The translations under genes and the position numbers were made by a program. The notes under the pieces are model-generated. The model made no database searches, was not told the origin of the DNA, and saw only the letters and a program-made list of their open reading frames with translations. Shown piece by piece: positions 45,338 to 59,360 of a DNA stretch of 64,000 bases (positions within the stretch are counted from its first letter, which is position 1; each line of letters opens with the position of its first letter). Origin of the DNA: the human T2T-CHM13v2.0 reference genome, Homo sapiens; NCBI RefSeq assembly GCF_009914755.1, contig NC_060947.1; one strand, written 5' to 3'.

Positions 45338-45552
45338 AGGGGTTGACAAATGATGGCCCACAAACCAGATCCAATTGGACACATGTTTTTGTAAGTGAAG
45401 TTTTACTGGAACATGGGCCATACCCGTACATTTTGTCTATGGCTGCTTTCACACTATGGCAACAGAGTTGAATAGTGACAGAAACCATATGCCCCATAAA
45501 GACTAAACTATTTGCTACCTGGTTATTTACAGAAAAGTTTGATGACCCCTGC
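45338..45552 (+). mobile_element. MER58A
   Basis: aggggttgacaaatgatggccc...tttacagaaaagtttgatgacccctg. Confidence 0.85.
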
Positions 45553-47319
45553 TCTAGGGGGTTGTATTATCCAAGGTATCTTTTATTCTGCAGCCTGTCA
45601 AGGGGTTTGTATTTTTGCTTTTCTAGAGTTAAAATTAATTTTGACAATGATCATAATTTAAAGAGTGGTACCATGTGTTAATTTTGAGACTTAAGGGCAC
45701 TGATGCAAAACTTAAGAGCCGCCAAATAAACTGTTAGCAAGAAAACATTCTTTCATGGATTGGGGCTTGCGGGTTTTCCTCTGGGTAAGAGAGATGGATG
45801 TTGGGAAATGGCCTGAACCAGTAAAAGTCATTATGAAAGTAATTCCCAGCGATCCTGTAACATTTAGAGTTCATTACCTCAAATGCTACATTGCCTCGGT
45901 ACATCTTTAGACGCTGCTCATTCGGCCGATCACCCTTTTGAAAGGCAATGGAATTTGCCCTTCTTAACACAACTCTCAGCAGCTGGGGATGTGGAGCTCG
46001 TTATGGGTGAGGGCTCGCTAGAAGCTTTACTTGCAATCCAGTGGCAGGAATGCTGCTTGGAGGAAAGGGGACAGAAAGCTCAAGACCACAGCCAGTTTAA
46101 AATGCAACCTCATTAGTAGCAATTAGCATTCAGTCATGCCTGGGAGATTGTCCCCATAAAGCAGATCAAATCAATTACTGCCTGCCTCTTAGACAGAGGA
46201 GGCTATTGCAGATCACTATGGCTAGTTCTGATCTTTTGTGTCTGAGACTAGGAGCAGATTTGATTATATTTTAAGACCTTCTCCCCAGAGGAGGGCTTCC
46301 CTCTTTTCCTTCCTTTGTGTGCACAAAGAAATATAGCTCCTGTCAAGAAAATGCCTGCTGGTGTCTTCAAGGTTTTGGTTGCAGAAGAATTGGGCAAATT
46401 TCAAGGACGCTGGAAACTTTGTGACTTTGTGAATGGATATGGGGACCTGGAGGGGTTTGCTCATAGTGAAACAGATTGAAGGAGAATGAGGTTCACACGT
46501 GACGTGGATGCTAATTCCTCTCATGACACATACAAAGCAGCTCTAAAGAACATCAAAAAATTGATTGTTTTCCTGCTAATGGCTAAGCTAGTGACAGCGT
46601 TTTTGTCTTTTTAGGAGATGATGGAGAAGGGTCAGCTAAGGTGCTTTATGAGCTTCTTGGGAAAGAGAAATGTAAGCACTGGACAGGGCCCTGGTATGGA
46701 TTCTTAATAGCTGGCAAATGTGCCCAGAGGCACTTTCTGTCCTCCTGCACTGCCGGAGCCCAGAGAATAGTAGAGCACATTCCTTGGGAAAGAGCTAAAG
46801 ATTTCTGCTTTTTATGCAACATTTTGTGTCAGTAACAGTTTGTATAATCTTCACTTGGTGTTCACAATAAGATGCTCTCAGTTAATATTACTTTGCATTT
46901 ATATGGTTCATTTTATCTCATACAAAACACAATTTACACATGCCAGGAGCTGCTTTTCTGGGGTATGACTATGTCCTGATACGATAAAGCTTCTCTTCGC
47001 CTGCCCTGTATCATCAACAAAGAGAATTCCCCAGGCCCCTCCACAGAGTGCCCCTCAGAGGCATCATTAGCTATAAGAAGTGGGGTAGGTTACAGCATAC
47101 GAGTAAACTCATGCACAGAGATACCCTGCAGTGTGGCTGGGGTTCTGCATCTGCTTCCTCAATCTCATCACACCAAGTACCCTCTAAAAAACATACTGTC
47201 CCAGGAAAAATTCCAGGGTTCTTGCTATGCTAACTGAGCTTTATAACAAGTCCCTCCTGGGCCAGGCTGCTGTCCCTAAGTCTCTTCAATACTAAAATCC
47301 ATTGGCAAAAAGCTTAGGG

Positions 47320-47475
47320 TGGCATTTCTCAAAATATCTGAAACCACCTGCATGACAATCACTAAGGGTGCTTGTTAAAAATGCAGATGACCAGGCTCTT
47401 CCACATCCCACTGAATTGGATTCTGAGGGTTGGGTATTTACATAATTTGTATATATATTAAAGTCTGAGAAGTGC
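47320..47475. mobile_element. MER5A/B-like
   Basis: aatcactaagggtgcttgttaaaaatgcagat...actgaattggattctgagggttggg...aaagtctgagaa. Confidence 0.6.
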
Positions 47476-47750
47476 TTGTTGATTTCCTAATGGCATGAAG
47501 TTTCACTTATGGGAAGTAATACTGGAGTATGAGACTTGATATGTGCTGTGTGTGATCCCCCAATTTATGGTTTGCTCATCAGTGTTTATTCCAGGTCTCT
47601 GCTATTAAGCCTGAACCTTTCTCTGATTCAACTTATTTTTGTTTGGTCAGTGTTCCCAGGATGGAAGAGTTGCTGGCCTAGGGCAGGGCTTGCGGCAGCC
47701 AAGAGACCGTTATAGTTCTTCAGGCTATAGGGTCACCATAAGTCATATAG

Positions 47751-48255
<505 letters not shown>

Positions 48256-49405
48256 GACTCTGAGCTTTTCAAAATGGCTCTCCAAATGAAGATTTTACAA
48301 CTTGTATAGGGCTAGATGTACTTCATCAGTCACTTTTGCACAGGGCCCTGTGTTTGCCTTCACCACTCTCCTGTCAACATGCTGGGCAACTTTAATCCCT
48401 GCATTGTTACTTGTTTATCCCTGCAGCCTCTGATCCATTCACGTTTCACATACTCTGACTGTCCCACTATGTTCTAGGTATAGGGCTTTGAGTTGAGGGC
48501 TCACAGATGAAGAGACAGAGTTCCTGCACTTGAAGTACATAGAGAATAGATGAATATATGAGGACCCAAGAAAATTTGCAAGCTACTGCTTCATCTCTTT
48601 CACTTTCCTTCCATTACAGCCATTCTCAAGTGTATTCCCATTATGGATTTCATCGTCAATCAGAAAAGCCCCATATTCATGACCTTGAACCCACACCTTG
48701 TCTTCTGAGACCCCAGTATCTTTATCAGCCGTATCTCTAAATTTCTCTCACTTATTCCCCACATTCATGCTAGCATTTGATTTCTTTCCCTTCTTTATTC
48801 TTCATGACAGATTTGGAACCAACTTGTCTTTTTACTTATTTTTAATCTGGGTGCACCCATTCGATGCTTCCTTCTTGAGCTTTAGAATTTCCTTTCTCCT
48901 TGAACTTATGTGGACTTTGTTGGGTCAATTCAAGCCCCTGGGTTACCATTTTTATTTTCTTTCTCCATTCATGTGCAGTGGTCTTTGGGGTAGAGAAAGT
49001 CATGAAATAATGTTGATTGGAATTGTACTAAATCCATTTGATGTGGCTTCTGCTTGGCCCTTGCTGTGGCTCTACTGTTCTTTTATTTAAATCTCTTTTC
49101 TTGCTTTTGCAGATGTTATTCCAACCTCTCAAGGTCTCAGTATCATTCCTGTCTCTCTCAATATGAGTAGCCAAACTTGTCTCTTACATTCTGTAGAATA
49201 CCCAGAATACTTAGCTGAACTTTCTAATTCTCCATCTTCCCAGTCAGTTTAGTCTTCTCACTGCTCCAAATTTACATTTTTAGTTAACTCACCTATTTTG
49301 TTTTAGGAACTCATCTCTGTCCTTCAAGGCAAACTCTTCTGTCTGGGTTCAATAGAAGAGAAAACTTCATAATCCAATGAATTTTGGAAGTCCAGTATAG
49401 CAAGT

Positions 49406-49660
49406 GTGTGGTGGTTTCAAAAAATTTCCACAAATTCTTTCAAATCCTCTCTTTAAGAGATGAGGCTTACTTCCCATCTCCATGAGTATGGGCTGACCTA
49501 GTGACTCACTTCTTACAAAGAGTAGATGATAGAAATGATGGTGCATGCTTTCTGAGATTAGATCGTAAATGGCATTGAACCTTTCTCCTTGACTTCTTTC
49601 TTGGATCACTCACTGTGGAGAAAGCCAACTGCCATGTTGTAAGGACACTCAAGCAGCCTA
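49406..49660 (+). mobile_element. MLT1F-like LTR, 5' half only
   Basis: tgtggtggtttcaaaaaatttccacaaattcttt...tagtgactcacttct...gccaactgccatgttgtaaggacactcaagcagcc. Confidence 0.75.
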
Positions 49661-52384
49661 ATGGTAATATTTATCCCATTCTCATCTGGCTTGACTTATG
49701 TATGATCTTGAGCAAACTGAGGTTAGTTAGTCCTTCCAAATTCCACTGGATTGGCACAATCTTTTTTGAGTCTACTTCAGTCTGTGAAATAAAACCACCC
49801 CAAAGCCAAAGTCCTTTCAAAGCTAAGGAGATAAATCTGTGTGGTGTTGGCAGAGTCTGAATTGAAGGGCAAGCAAATAGCAGCAAGGATTATAAATCCC
49901 TGCTTCTTACAACTATAAACCAATCTGTCCATAGTGAGAAAGCATTTAATAAAGGGTTTCATTGTACTAGAGGAAATGGAAAATTATACTCCATGAGCAA
50001 ATGGTCTGCCAGCAACAGCCTGGAACCAGCAGCAAGGGTGCCTTTTAATGGTTTTTTAAAAAATCAATAACTTTAGACTTTTTAATTAAACTAGTATAAG
50101 TGGGAAGAACACTTAATTACAGCTTCTATTCCTTCATAAAATGTTCTCTGTGAAGAACTAGTAAAATCAGATTTGGATTCTTCCCAGTCAACATACATAT
50201 ATTTTTTTCATTGTGTTAGTGGGCTGATTTCTTGGTTTTTGGTTGCCCAGAAATAAAAGTAAGAATAAATGGGGGAAAAAGTAACAAAATAGAAGCCTAC
50301 CTAAACAGCACTGGAGACATCATAAATCCCGACCTGGGCTTTATGGAAAGGATGAAAAAGAATCGAGATTTCAAACAGCAGACACAGTACATCCTGTTCC
50401 TATTATAAACAAGAGCAGGAGAGGATTGGCCAATGTCCAATTTTGAGAAGGTACCTAGAGATTTGTAATATATTGGTGAGAGCACTGGATGTTTTTAGGA
50501 ATAAAATGCTAGCATGGTGCTTCTAAAAATATCCTTAATGCAATGGAATTTATGTCTTCAGTTACTCTATTTTAATTAAATTCTTTCCTCCACTTGTTTG
50601 CGCTTCTTCCTTTTTATTTTTCTCGTCCTCCTTCTGTCCTGGGGGCTCTTCCACATTAGCACAGGCGGTGATGCTCAGTGGTACTGACAGGCTGCCAGGC
50701 CGATGCTGCTTGTCTCCCCAGGAGCCCAGCTTACACCAGCCCCTTGCTCTGATTCATGATCTGGAAAATTCTCTATGCCCAGGTATGACAGAATTCACCC
50801 TGCACAGACAGTGGCCACAGCTTAAAGACCCCTCACTTTTCCTATTCCCTGCCACCCATTTTCTGAAGCTACAGACCTGAAGGTAAACCAATATAAAAAC
50901 CTTTGAACTTAAAAATAAAACAATATTTATGTGTTAGCAAAATCAATTTAAAAGTCACCTTGGCATACTATAGGCCGTGAAATAACTTACACGGTGGGAA
51001 GTTGTCCCTTTCTTTGATTGCTATGCAAAGTGATGTGACTCTGTGACGTGTGGTATGAGAAGCCCAGGAAGCTAACTCAGGTTCAACATGCTCAGTAAGT
51101 AACTTTAGACACACTCTGGCAGTTTTATATAAAATGAAATAGTGTTGTAGATGAGCTGAAAAACATAAATTGAGTGTCTATCTATCTATCTATAAAGCTG
51201 CAGCATCATCAGCCAGAAATAGCACATAGGACATGGCAGCTAACCCTCGCCACAACCTCAGCACTGTTCATTCCGGAAGATGTGCTTAATCTCACAAAAG
51301 GCAGGGCCAACTCTCTTGTCTCATTTTGCTATTTTAGGGCCAGTCTTCCCAGCCTAAAAGCCCATATGAAGGCTCACAGGAAAGACACCAAGATGAACAG
51401 ATCACAAAATGAGTTCTAGAAAGAACACTCACAGAAATAAAGATTCTGGTTTGGAAAAGAGCAACCTCATAACACTATGAGGGCTTATTTTTCTCACCTC
51501 TCAAGTATAAAAGCAAAGTTGTTTGAGTGACAATAAAGGATTGGTGCATGCAATGGAGACCTCCTCTGAATGTGTCTACAGTTTGCAGCTGGGGGATGGT
51601 CCTGTTTGTCAGTAAAGCTCCTCTCTCAGCAAATGATCAGAAGAGGTCTGGCCTTGCCTGATACTTCCTTCTGTTTGCAACCTTCTGTAGCTCCCAGTTT
51701 CAACATATTGGGGTTGAGTTGGAATCAAGCCCTTGCTTTTGTATGTCTTTTGAAAGAATCATTATTTATAATAAAAAAGAGAATTTTTTGTCGTAAGATT
51801 TGGGTTTTCTTTACTGGCACTTCTCTGTCAGTCTTTCTTAGAAGGCTCCCAGAGAGAAAGACCATACACCCCTTACTTGGTGACTTTCTCAAAGAGAATG
51901 ATCTGGGTGAAAGGTCACTATTGTTATCTAATTGCAATTGATGTTTGTCAAAATCTGGATTAGACAGACTCCTGAAGGAGTGATATGCTAGAATTTCCCC
52001 GACTGAAATATTGGCAACTATCAATTACCATTGACCCAATGGAAAAGAAGGGGCTCAATTTCCCAGAGCACGGGCTAATGGAAGTCAGTCCAGTTGTGAT
52101 GGCAGATTTCATTTTCTAGTTAAGAGAAGACAGCACACACTCAGGAACAAGATCATACTTGAAAAAGTCAGAGGAAGAAGAAAATATGAAATGTATGGGC
52201 ACTTCCAAGAAATTGTACATGATAAAATTCAGAATATGCCATCTGATACAAATCTATTTTAGATGCCTTCTGTGCTTCTGTAGTAGGTAATTGGTTCTGG
52301 AGCCAACGTTGTCATTGCTAAAATGCATGCACTGCTCCTCTTCCCAGATCTTCACATCAAACACACACCCCTGAGAGCAGCAGT

Positions 52385-52514
52385 TAGGGTGACGAACTTT
52401 TCCTGGTCTGCCTAGGACTTTCCTGCTTCTAGCACTAGAAGTTGCACACTTCAGGAACCACCTTAGTTCCAGGACCCCTCTCAGTCCTGGGCAAACTGGG
52501 ACAGTTGATCCCCC
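52385..52514. mobile_element. MER81-like (hAT-Blackjack) MITE
   Basis: Terminal inverted repeats agggtgacgaacttttcctggtctgcctaggac / gtcctgggcaaactgggacagttgatcccc. Confidence 0.75.
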
Positions 52515-52650
52515 TGTTTGGCTGCACAATAGAGTCATCTGGGGAAATTTCAAAAATTGTGATGCTTAGGCCACACTCCAGACCAATGAAACCAGAATCT
52601 CTGGAGGTGTGATTCACATGATTCCAATGTGGAGCCAAGGTTGAGAGCAG
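52515..52650. mobile_element. MER5B-like fragment
   Basis: ggctgcacaatagagtcatctgggga...ccagaccaatgaaaccagaatctctgg...gccaaggttgaga. Confidence 0.65.
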
Positions 52651-53648
52651 AAGCTGAGAACTCATGCAAACTTTCTATGCTGAAGCCAGAGCTTCCAAAG
52701 GCAAAATGACACAGCTATGCTTCTCTTTTGTATCCAATTTGTGATGAATAGTGCGTGCAGTTTAACCAGATTAACTTATCAGAAGCATTTCCTTTGTCCC
52801 CAAGATTGAAGACCATTTTGGATCACAAAGCCAGCCTTTGAAGCAACCCTTTTTGATTGTAAAAATGGGTAGCTCTCTAATGGCAAGCAAAATTTGTACA
52901 GAACTTTGGAATTACACCCTCCCTTCCTGGCCTTGTTTTGTTTTAGTTCACTGGGATAGGAGGTTAGAAGTGGCTATTTGGAGTTTCTCGTTTCAAGTGC
53001 TGGTCACCATTCATGGGGATCTCAGCAGCTTGCTATCTTCCCTTGTCTTTGGGGCTATCACCAGTGAAAGATGTCACTCGCCCCACTTGGGCTACTTCAT
53101 TTTTTAAAGGTCTGTTCACCTATACTTATTCTGAAAAATCTCTCAGAGAAGATGATGATATAATTTCCATTAATAGCAAGAAGACCAGGTGTATAGGTGT
53201 CCTCAGCAGCTCTATACCCCTTTCCTTTCTTGGTTTTTAGTAATAACCAGATAGGTCCTTTAGGGATAAAAGTAATCTGAAAGACTCACTCATTCTGAAG
53301 GGCTAAGAAGCTCATGAGTTGATGTCCCCCAAAATTTGCATGTAGAAGGCAATGCTTTCCATTAATTTATACAGCAAATAGTTGAGTCCCTTTATGCCAG
53401 GCACTGTGCCAATGACTGTGAATATAATGGTGAACAAGGCATTGTATGGTCCCTGAAGTCATCGAAGTGGCATACTGATGGACCTTGTATTATCAAAAAG
53501 GACTGAATCATCAGTCTTAGAATTTTAGGCATTTGTAGAGAAATTTTTGGGTTACCTTGGAATTCTTTATGTTATGGTATATATAGGATACCAAATACTC
53601 TGTTGACAGAAAGCTTGGCCCTAGAAATTGGAGTGTTATTTATCTAAG

Positions 53649-53689
<41 letters not shown>

Positions 53690-53750
53690 GTATATATATG
53701 TGTGTGTTTATATATGTGTGTGTGTGTGTATATATATATACACACACACA
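53649..53750. repeat. Compound (TA)n/(CA)n/(TG)n quasi-palindromic microsatellite
   Basis: Direct reading. Confidence 0.95.
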
Positions 53751-55167
53751 GCTATTTGAATATTATTTAATTTGTAGGCTACATACTTACTGAAATCTTA
53801 TTACAAACTGGCTACTACTTAAACAGACATGATGAAATTACTTTTAAGACAAAAAACATCTTATTTTAAAAATTACTATCAATACGTTCAGCTCTCATTG
53901 CCTTATTTTTCTGTCACTTTAGTATTTAGTTGAGGCTGTAAGTAAAAGAATCATAGAGACTCCTGCCTATATTTGTCTTCACAGGAGCCTTAGGCCTTGA
54001 ACCTCTTTGACCCAAGAGATATTTGATAAGATTTTGAAGAAAACAAATCTTAGCAGTTACAGAAGGGGAAAAATAAGAGACAAAAATGAAGCCTCAGTGG
54101 AGTGGCATGGCATATCAAGGGCTGCTGCTCCAGCCAATTGAATTAATAATTTAAAGAATCCCTCATCTTTATCATTTAGTGGCATTATTGCTTGGAATTT
54201 CAAGACTCTCTCTGCTTGAAAAATTGCATAAATTGTATTTTTCCCTTTTTCTGTCCTGCATTGCTTATTTTCCTTAATCTTTGAGAAGATGAGGTTTTAC
54301 TAAATACATTTTGTATGTTGTGCTTGGTTTTAACTCTCAGCATTAATGCTATTTGAAATGGTAGCACTTAAGATAGTTTATATTGTGTTATTAAGAATAA
54401 AATTATTAATAAAATAGAAATTATCTGGGAGTAGTGAAACAGTCCTCAGGCTGTTTTAGGACCTTTAACCTGGCTATCTATCTATCATCTATCAATCTAG
54501 TTTATTTATTTCAGCATACATACCTTTATGCTTAATATAACTGGGTGTTATGTAAAAATATGAGGGTTACAAAGATAAATAGTCTCCTTCTTTGGTATTC
54601 ATTTTATATAGTTCAATCTTTTGTCTAATAATTACCATGTCTATTTTGGAAACAATAGCTTGAAGGCAGTTTCTAACAAATAAGACACACAATAGCAGGC
54701 AATGAAAACTCAAGTGCTCTCTACTAAACAAATGCATTGGTGCCTGGGACAGCTCTTATGAGTTCCTCTGGATAGTGTTGAGGAATAAAATTATAATTAC
54801 TAATTAGCTTCTCTGTGCAAGGTCCTTGTCAAGTGCAGTCAAGGGATGGACAAATAATACGCCTCTCTACTTCTAAAAGAGCCTAAGATACACTTGGAAA
54901 CAAACTGGCAGTAGAAGAGAGAGACATGATTTCTACCACAGTTAGTAAGGAGAGTTTGAATGACACAGAGGCGATGTATACAGGATCTTAGATGCTGAAT
55001 AAGGAACTGATAGGTGCAGAAGAACTGGCAGGGTGTTCTAACTTGAGCATGTAGTTAGTTGCCATGGGAAAGCTTGAGAATCATAGCTTCCCCCAGGCTC
55101 TGTGACTAACATCATAATAAATGGCACCACACCACACTGTAATGACAGTCACCTGCTCTTCCTATGT

Positions 55168-55385
55168 CAGGGGTCAGTAGACTTTTGTAAAGGGCCAAAA
55201 AGTCAGTATTTCCAGCTTTGTGGGCCATGCAGTCTATGCTTCAAATACTCAATTCTGCTGTTGTCTGAAAGCAGCCATAGACAATACCTAAACAAATGGG
55301 CATGGCTGTGTGCCAATAAAATTTTATTTACAAAAACAGATGGCAAGTCAGATTTGGTCCATTGACTGTCATTTGCTAATTCCTT
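55168..55385 (-). mobile_element. MER58A
   Basis: caggggtcagtagacttttgtaaagggcca...gcatggctgtgtgccaataaaattttatttacaaaaacag. Confidence 0.85.
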
Positions 55386-55969
55386 CTCTATTCTACAAAT
55401 CCAGTGTTTAATTGTCCTTTTTCCTGTGTGCTCGATGGTGGTAAGAAAGTCATATTCTAAAAGAAGCATTGACTAAGAAATGAAAGCACACTAGTTCATA
55501 TAAATCAGCTGAAAAGATGAATGTTAGAGAGCAAATCGTTAACCAAATAGAAGCTATAGATAGAGACATAATTGTCTCTAGTTCATTTGTCCTTTTTCTT
55601 GGTTCTAACTCCATAATAACAAACTCCAGTTTTTAGTTTATTTATTTATGAAATGACCTGTTACATTTTGGGTTCAGTAAGTTAGTAGAAGTTGTCTGAT
55701 TTACCCATGTGTTGTCTGACCCTCATCTTTTGGAGATGACCAGGCTTGAGTGGGATGCTCCAAATTGTATTTTTGCAGCATTTACTATTGGAAACATGCA
55801 ATGAATTTTTATTCATTAATTCTCAACAAGAATAAACAAGGCATTTCCTCAGAAATCACAATCCATATTAGGCACAGTGACAAAGTCCATTCTTTTATAT
55901 AGTGCATAAATAAGGCATTATTAATGAATAGGTAGATTATATTAGGCTGAGCATAATGTCTTCAAATTT

Positions 55970-56272
55970 TTTTTTTAAATTTTCTTTCAAAAGACTTAAA
56001 TAATATTTTCACTGGATAAAAAATTCTAGGTTGACAGATTTTTTTCTTCCCTTCAGAACTTTAAAGATTTTGTTCCACCTCTATGGCTTCCCTGCTTTCT
56101 GATGAGATGTGTACAGAAATTCAAATTATTGTTCCCTTATCAGTCTCTAGTTTTCCTCTGCTTGCTTTCAAGATTTTCTCTTTATCTTTGATTTTCCACA
56201 CTTTGACTGTAAATGCCTACTTTGGTTCTCTTTGCATTTATTTTGGTTGGAGTTTTCAGAGTTTCTTCAATC
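55970..56272 (-). other. SVA 3'-transduced segment (ancient L1M-derived sequence) with second poly(A)
   Basis: Lies between the SVA poly(A) and a second T-tract adjoining the TSD aatgtcttcaaattt (55955-55969 = 57671-57685). Confidence 0.88.
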
Positions 56273-57669
56273 TTTTTTATTTTATTTTATTTATTTTATT
56301 TTTTTTTTAATTGATCATTCTTGGGTGTTTCTCACAGAGGGGGATTTGGCAGGATCATAGGACAATAGTGGAGGGAAGGTCAGCAGATAAACAAGTGAAC
56401 AAAGGTCTCTGGTTTTCCTAGGCAGAGGACCCTGCGGCCTTCCGCAGTGTTTGTGTCCCTGGGTACTTGAGATTAGGGAGTGGTGATGACTCTTAACGAG
56501 CATGCTGCCTTCAAGCATCTGTTTAACAAAGCACATCTTGTATCGCCCTTAATCCATTTAACCCTGAGTGGACACAGCACATGTTTCAGAGATCACAGGG
56601 TTGGGGGTAAGGTCATAGATCAACAGGATCCCAAGGCAGAAGAATTTTTCTTAGTACAGAACAAAATGGAGTCTCCTATGTCTACTTCTTTCTACACAGA
56701 CACAGTAACAATCTGATCTCTCTTTCTTTTCCCCACATTTCCCCCTTTTCTATTCGACAAAACCACCATCGTCATCATGGCCCTTTCTCAATGAGCTGTT
56801 GGGTACACCTCCCAGACGGGGTGGTGGCCGGGCAGAGGAGCTCCTCACTTCCCAGAAGGGGTGGCCGGGCGGAGGCGCCCCCCACCTCCCTCCCGGACGG
56901 GGCGGCTGCCGGGCGGAGATGCTCCTCACTTCCCAGACGGGGTGGCTGCCGGGCAGAGGGGCTCCTCACTTCTCAGACGGGGCAGCTGCCGGGTGGAGGG
57001 GCTCCTCACTTCTCAGACGGGGTGCTGCCGGGCAGAGGTGCTCCTCACATCCCAGACGGGGCGGCGGGGCAGAGGCGCTCCCCACCTCTCAGACGATGGG
57101 CGGCCGGGCAGAGACGCTCCTCACTTCCTAGATGTGATGGCGGCCGGGAAGAGGCGCTCCTCACTTCCCAGACTGGGCAGCCAGGCAGAGGGGCTCCTCA
57201 CATCCCAGACGATGGGCGGCCAGGCAGAGACGCTCCTCACTTCCCAGACGGGGTGGCAGCCGGGCAGAGGCTGCAATCTCGGCACTTTGGGAGGCCAAGG
57301 CAGGCTGCTGGGAGGTGGAGGTTGTAGCGAGCCGAGATCACGCCACTGCACTCCAGCCTGGGCACCATTGAGCACTGAGTGAACGAGACTCCGTCTGCAA
57401 TCCCGGCACCTCCAGAGGCCGAGGCTGGCAGATCACTCGCGGTTAGGAGCTGGAGACCAGCCCGGCCAACACAACGAAACCCCGTCTCCACCAAAAAAAT
57501 ACGAAAACCAGTCAGGCGTGGCGGCGCGCGCCTGCAATCGCAGGCACCCGGCAGGCTGAGGCAGGAGAATCAGGCAGGGAGGTTGCAGTGAGCCGAGATG
57601 GCAGCAGTACAGTCCAGCTTCGGCTCGGCATCAGAGGGAGACCATGGAAAGAGAGGGAGAGGGAGAGGG
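56273..57669 (-). mobile_element. SVA, older subfamily (A/B-like), near full length
   Basis: Poly(A), SINE-R (~56310-56800), GC-rich VNTR (~56810-57270), antisense Alu-like domain, short (CCCTCT)n at ~57650-57669; cagtaacaatctgatctctc variant. Confidence 0.97.
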
Positions 57670-57764
57670 CAATGTCTTCAAATTTAGCATTCCATTTCCC
57701 ACACAACAGTTTGAATCTATCGATCTTTATGGAATATAGGGTTCCATGATAATTTATTATTCCT

Positions 57765-58405
57765 AAGCCCAATAACTTTCTCACACAGGAGATAGAAACC
57801 ACACCAGTAATATTAACAGAGATAATTTAATATAAATAATATTCATAGGCATTAGAAAGCTAAATAGGAAAAAATGGAAACATTAAGATATCATGGAGGT
57901 AGCAACTGCAGGAAGCACTGTCATCTTTACAGCTCGGAACGGAGGAAAAAAAAAATTGACATTAAAATGTAGAAGCTTAAAGGAAGGGGCCTCTCTGGGG
58001 GGCGGCAATATTTGGCTTGTGCTGTTGTCTCTAAACTCAAAGAAGAAACCCATGGAGCTGGGACTTAGACCTCTAAGAAAAGGACTTGGCCAGTGAGAGA
58101 TGACATCTCTGAGGGTATGCTATGAGGCTGGTTCTGAGAGTGTCAGCAAGACTGCAAACTGGACTCAATTGCTGCCGGAATGAATTACCACTGCTAGGGC
58201 AAAGCAGCAAATAGGAAGAAGCAAATTGGGTCCTCCTCCAGGCTTCCAATGTTTTTCTAACATCCCCCTATTGGCAGAGTCTAATGAAGACCAGCTGGCC
58301 AAGCAGAAATGTGGTTTGCAGACTTCCAGCCCCAATATCACAAAGCTGACTATGGTCAGAGTGGGTTTGAAGCAGAGAGTCAAGGGCTTAACAACTGGCG
58401 CACCA
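57765..58405 (-). mobile_element. ERVL solo LTR, LTR41-like
   Basis: Reverse complement ...CTTCAAACCCACTCTG...GCTTTGTGATATTGGGGCTGGAAGTCTGCAAACCACATTTCTGCTTGGCCAGCTGG...CTCTGCCAATAGGGGG. Confidence 0.75.
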
Positions 58406-58576
58406 CATAAGAGCATGATTCTGCAAAGTTGCATGTAAATAAAATTTTATTAAATAGAATAAAAGTTTTTTTTAATCAACTGTAAGAATAATTTCAAGAG
58501 TGCCTTTATATTTCTGAAAAAAGCTGTAGATAATTGCTGAACATTTTAAGTTTTCAGTGTTTCTCCTTTCTTCAAA

Positions 58577-58842
58577 CCAGGGGTTGGTACTTTTTTTTTT
58601 TTTTGTAAAGGGCCAGACAGTAAATATTTTAGCTCTGTAGGCCATATGGTCTTTGTCACATCACTCAACTTAGCCACCACTAGTCAATCCTGTATTTGTC
58701 CCAACTACTCAATTCTGCCATTGTTGTGTGAAAGCCATCATAAACAATATGTATGGGCATGACCGTGTTCCAATAGTACTATATTTACAAAAACAATTGG
58801 GAGGTCAGATTGGGACCATGGGCCATAGTTTGCCAACCCTCA
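58577..58842 (-). mobile_element. MER58A
   Basis: caggggttgg...tgtaaagggccagacagtaaatatttt...gggccatagtttgccaaccct. Confidence 0.85.
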
Positions 58843-58849
58843 CTCTAGT

Positions 58850-59360
<511 letters not shown>

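Noticed and set aside
46601-46646. Micro-exon (ttttgtctttttag|...aag|gtgctt)
   Set aside because: Weak donor, 26 nt, no supporting context
55561-55580. 8-bp perfect hairpin tagagaca-taat-tgtctcta (similar ones near 24352, 37823 and 54437)
   Set aside because: Stems this short are expected by chance in 64 kb of AT-rich DNA; no RNA-gene context
56775-57802. GC-rich overlapping ORFs and apparent CpG island
   Set aside because: All derive from the SVA VNTR and Alu-like domain
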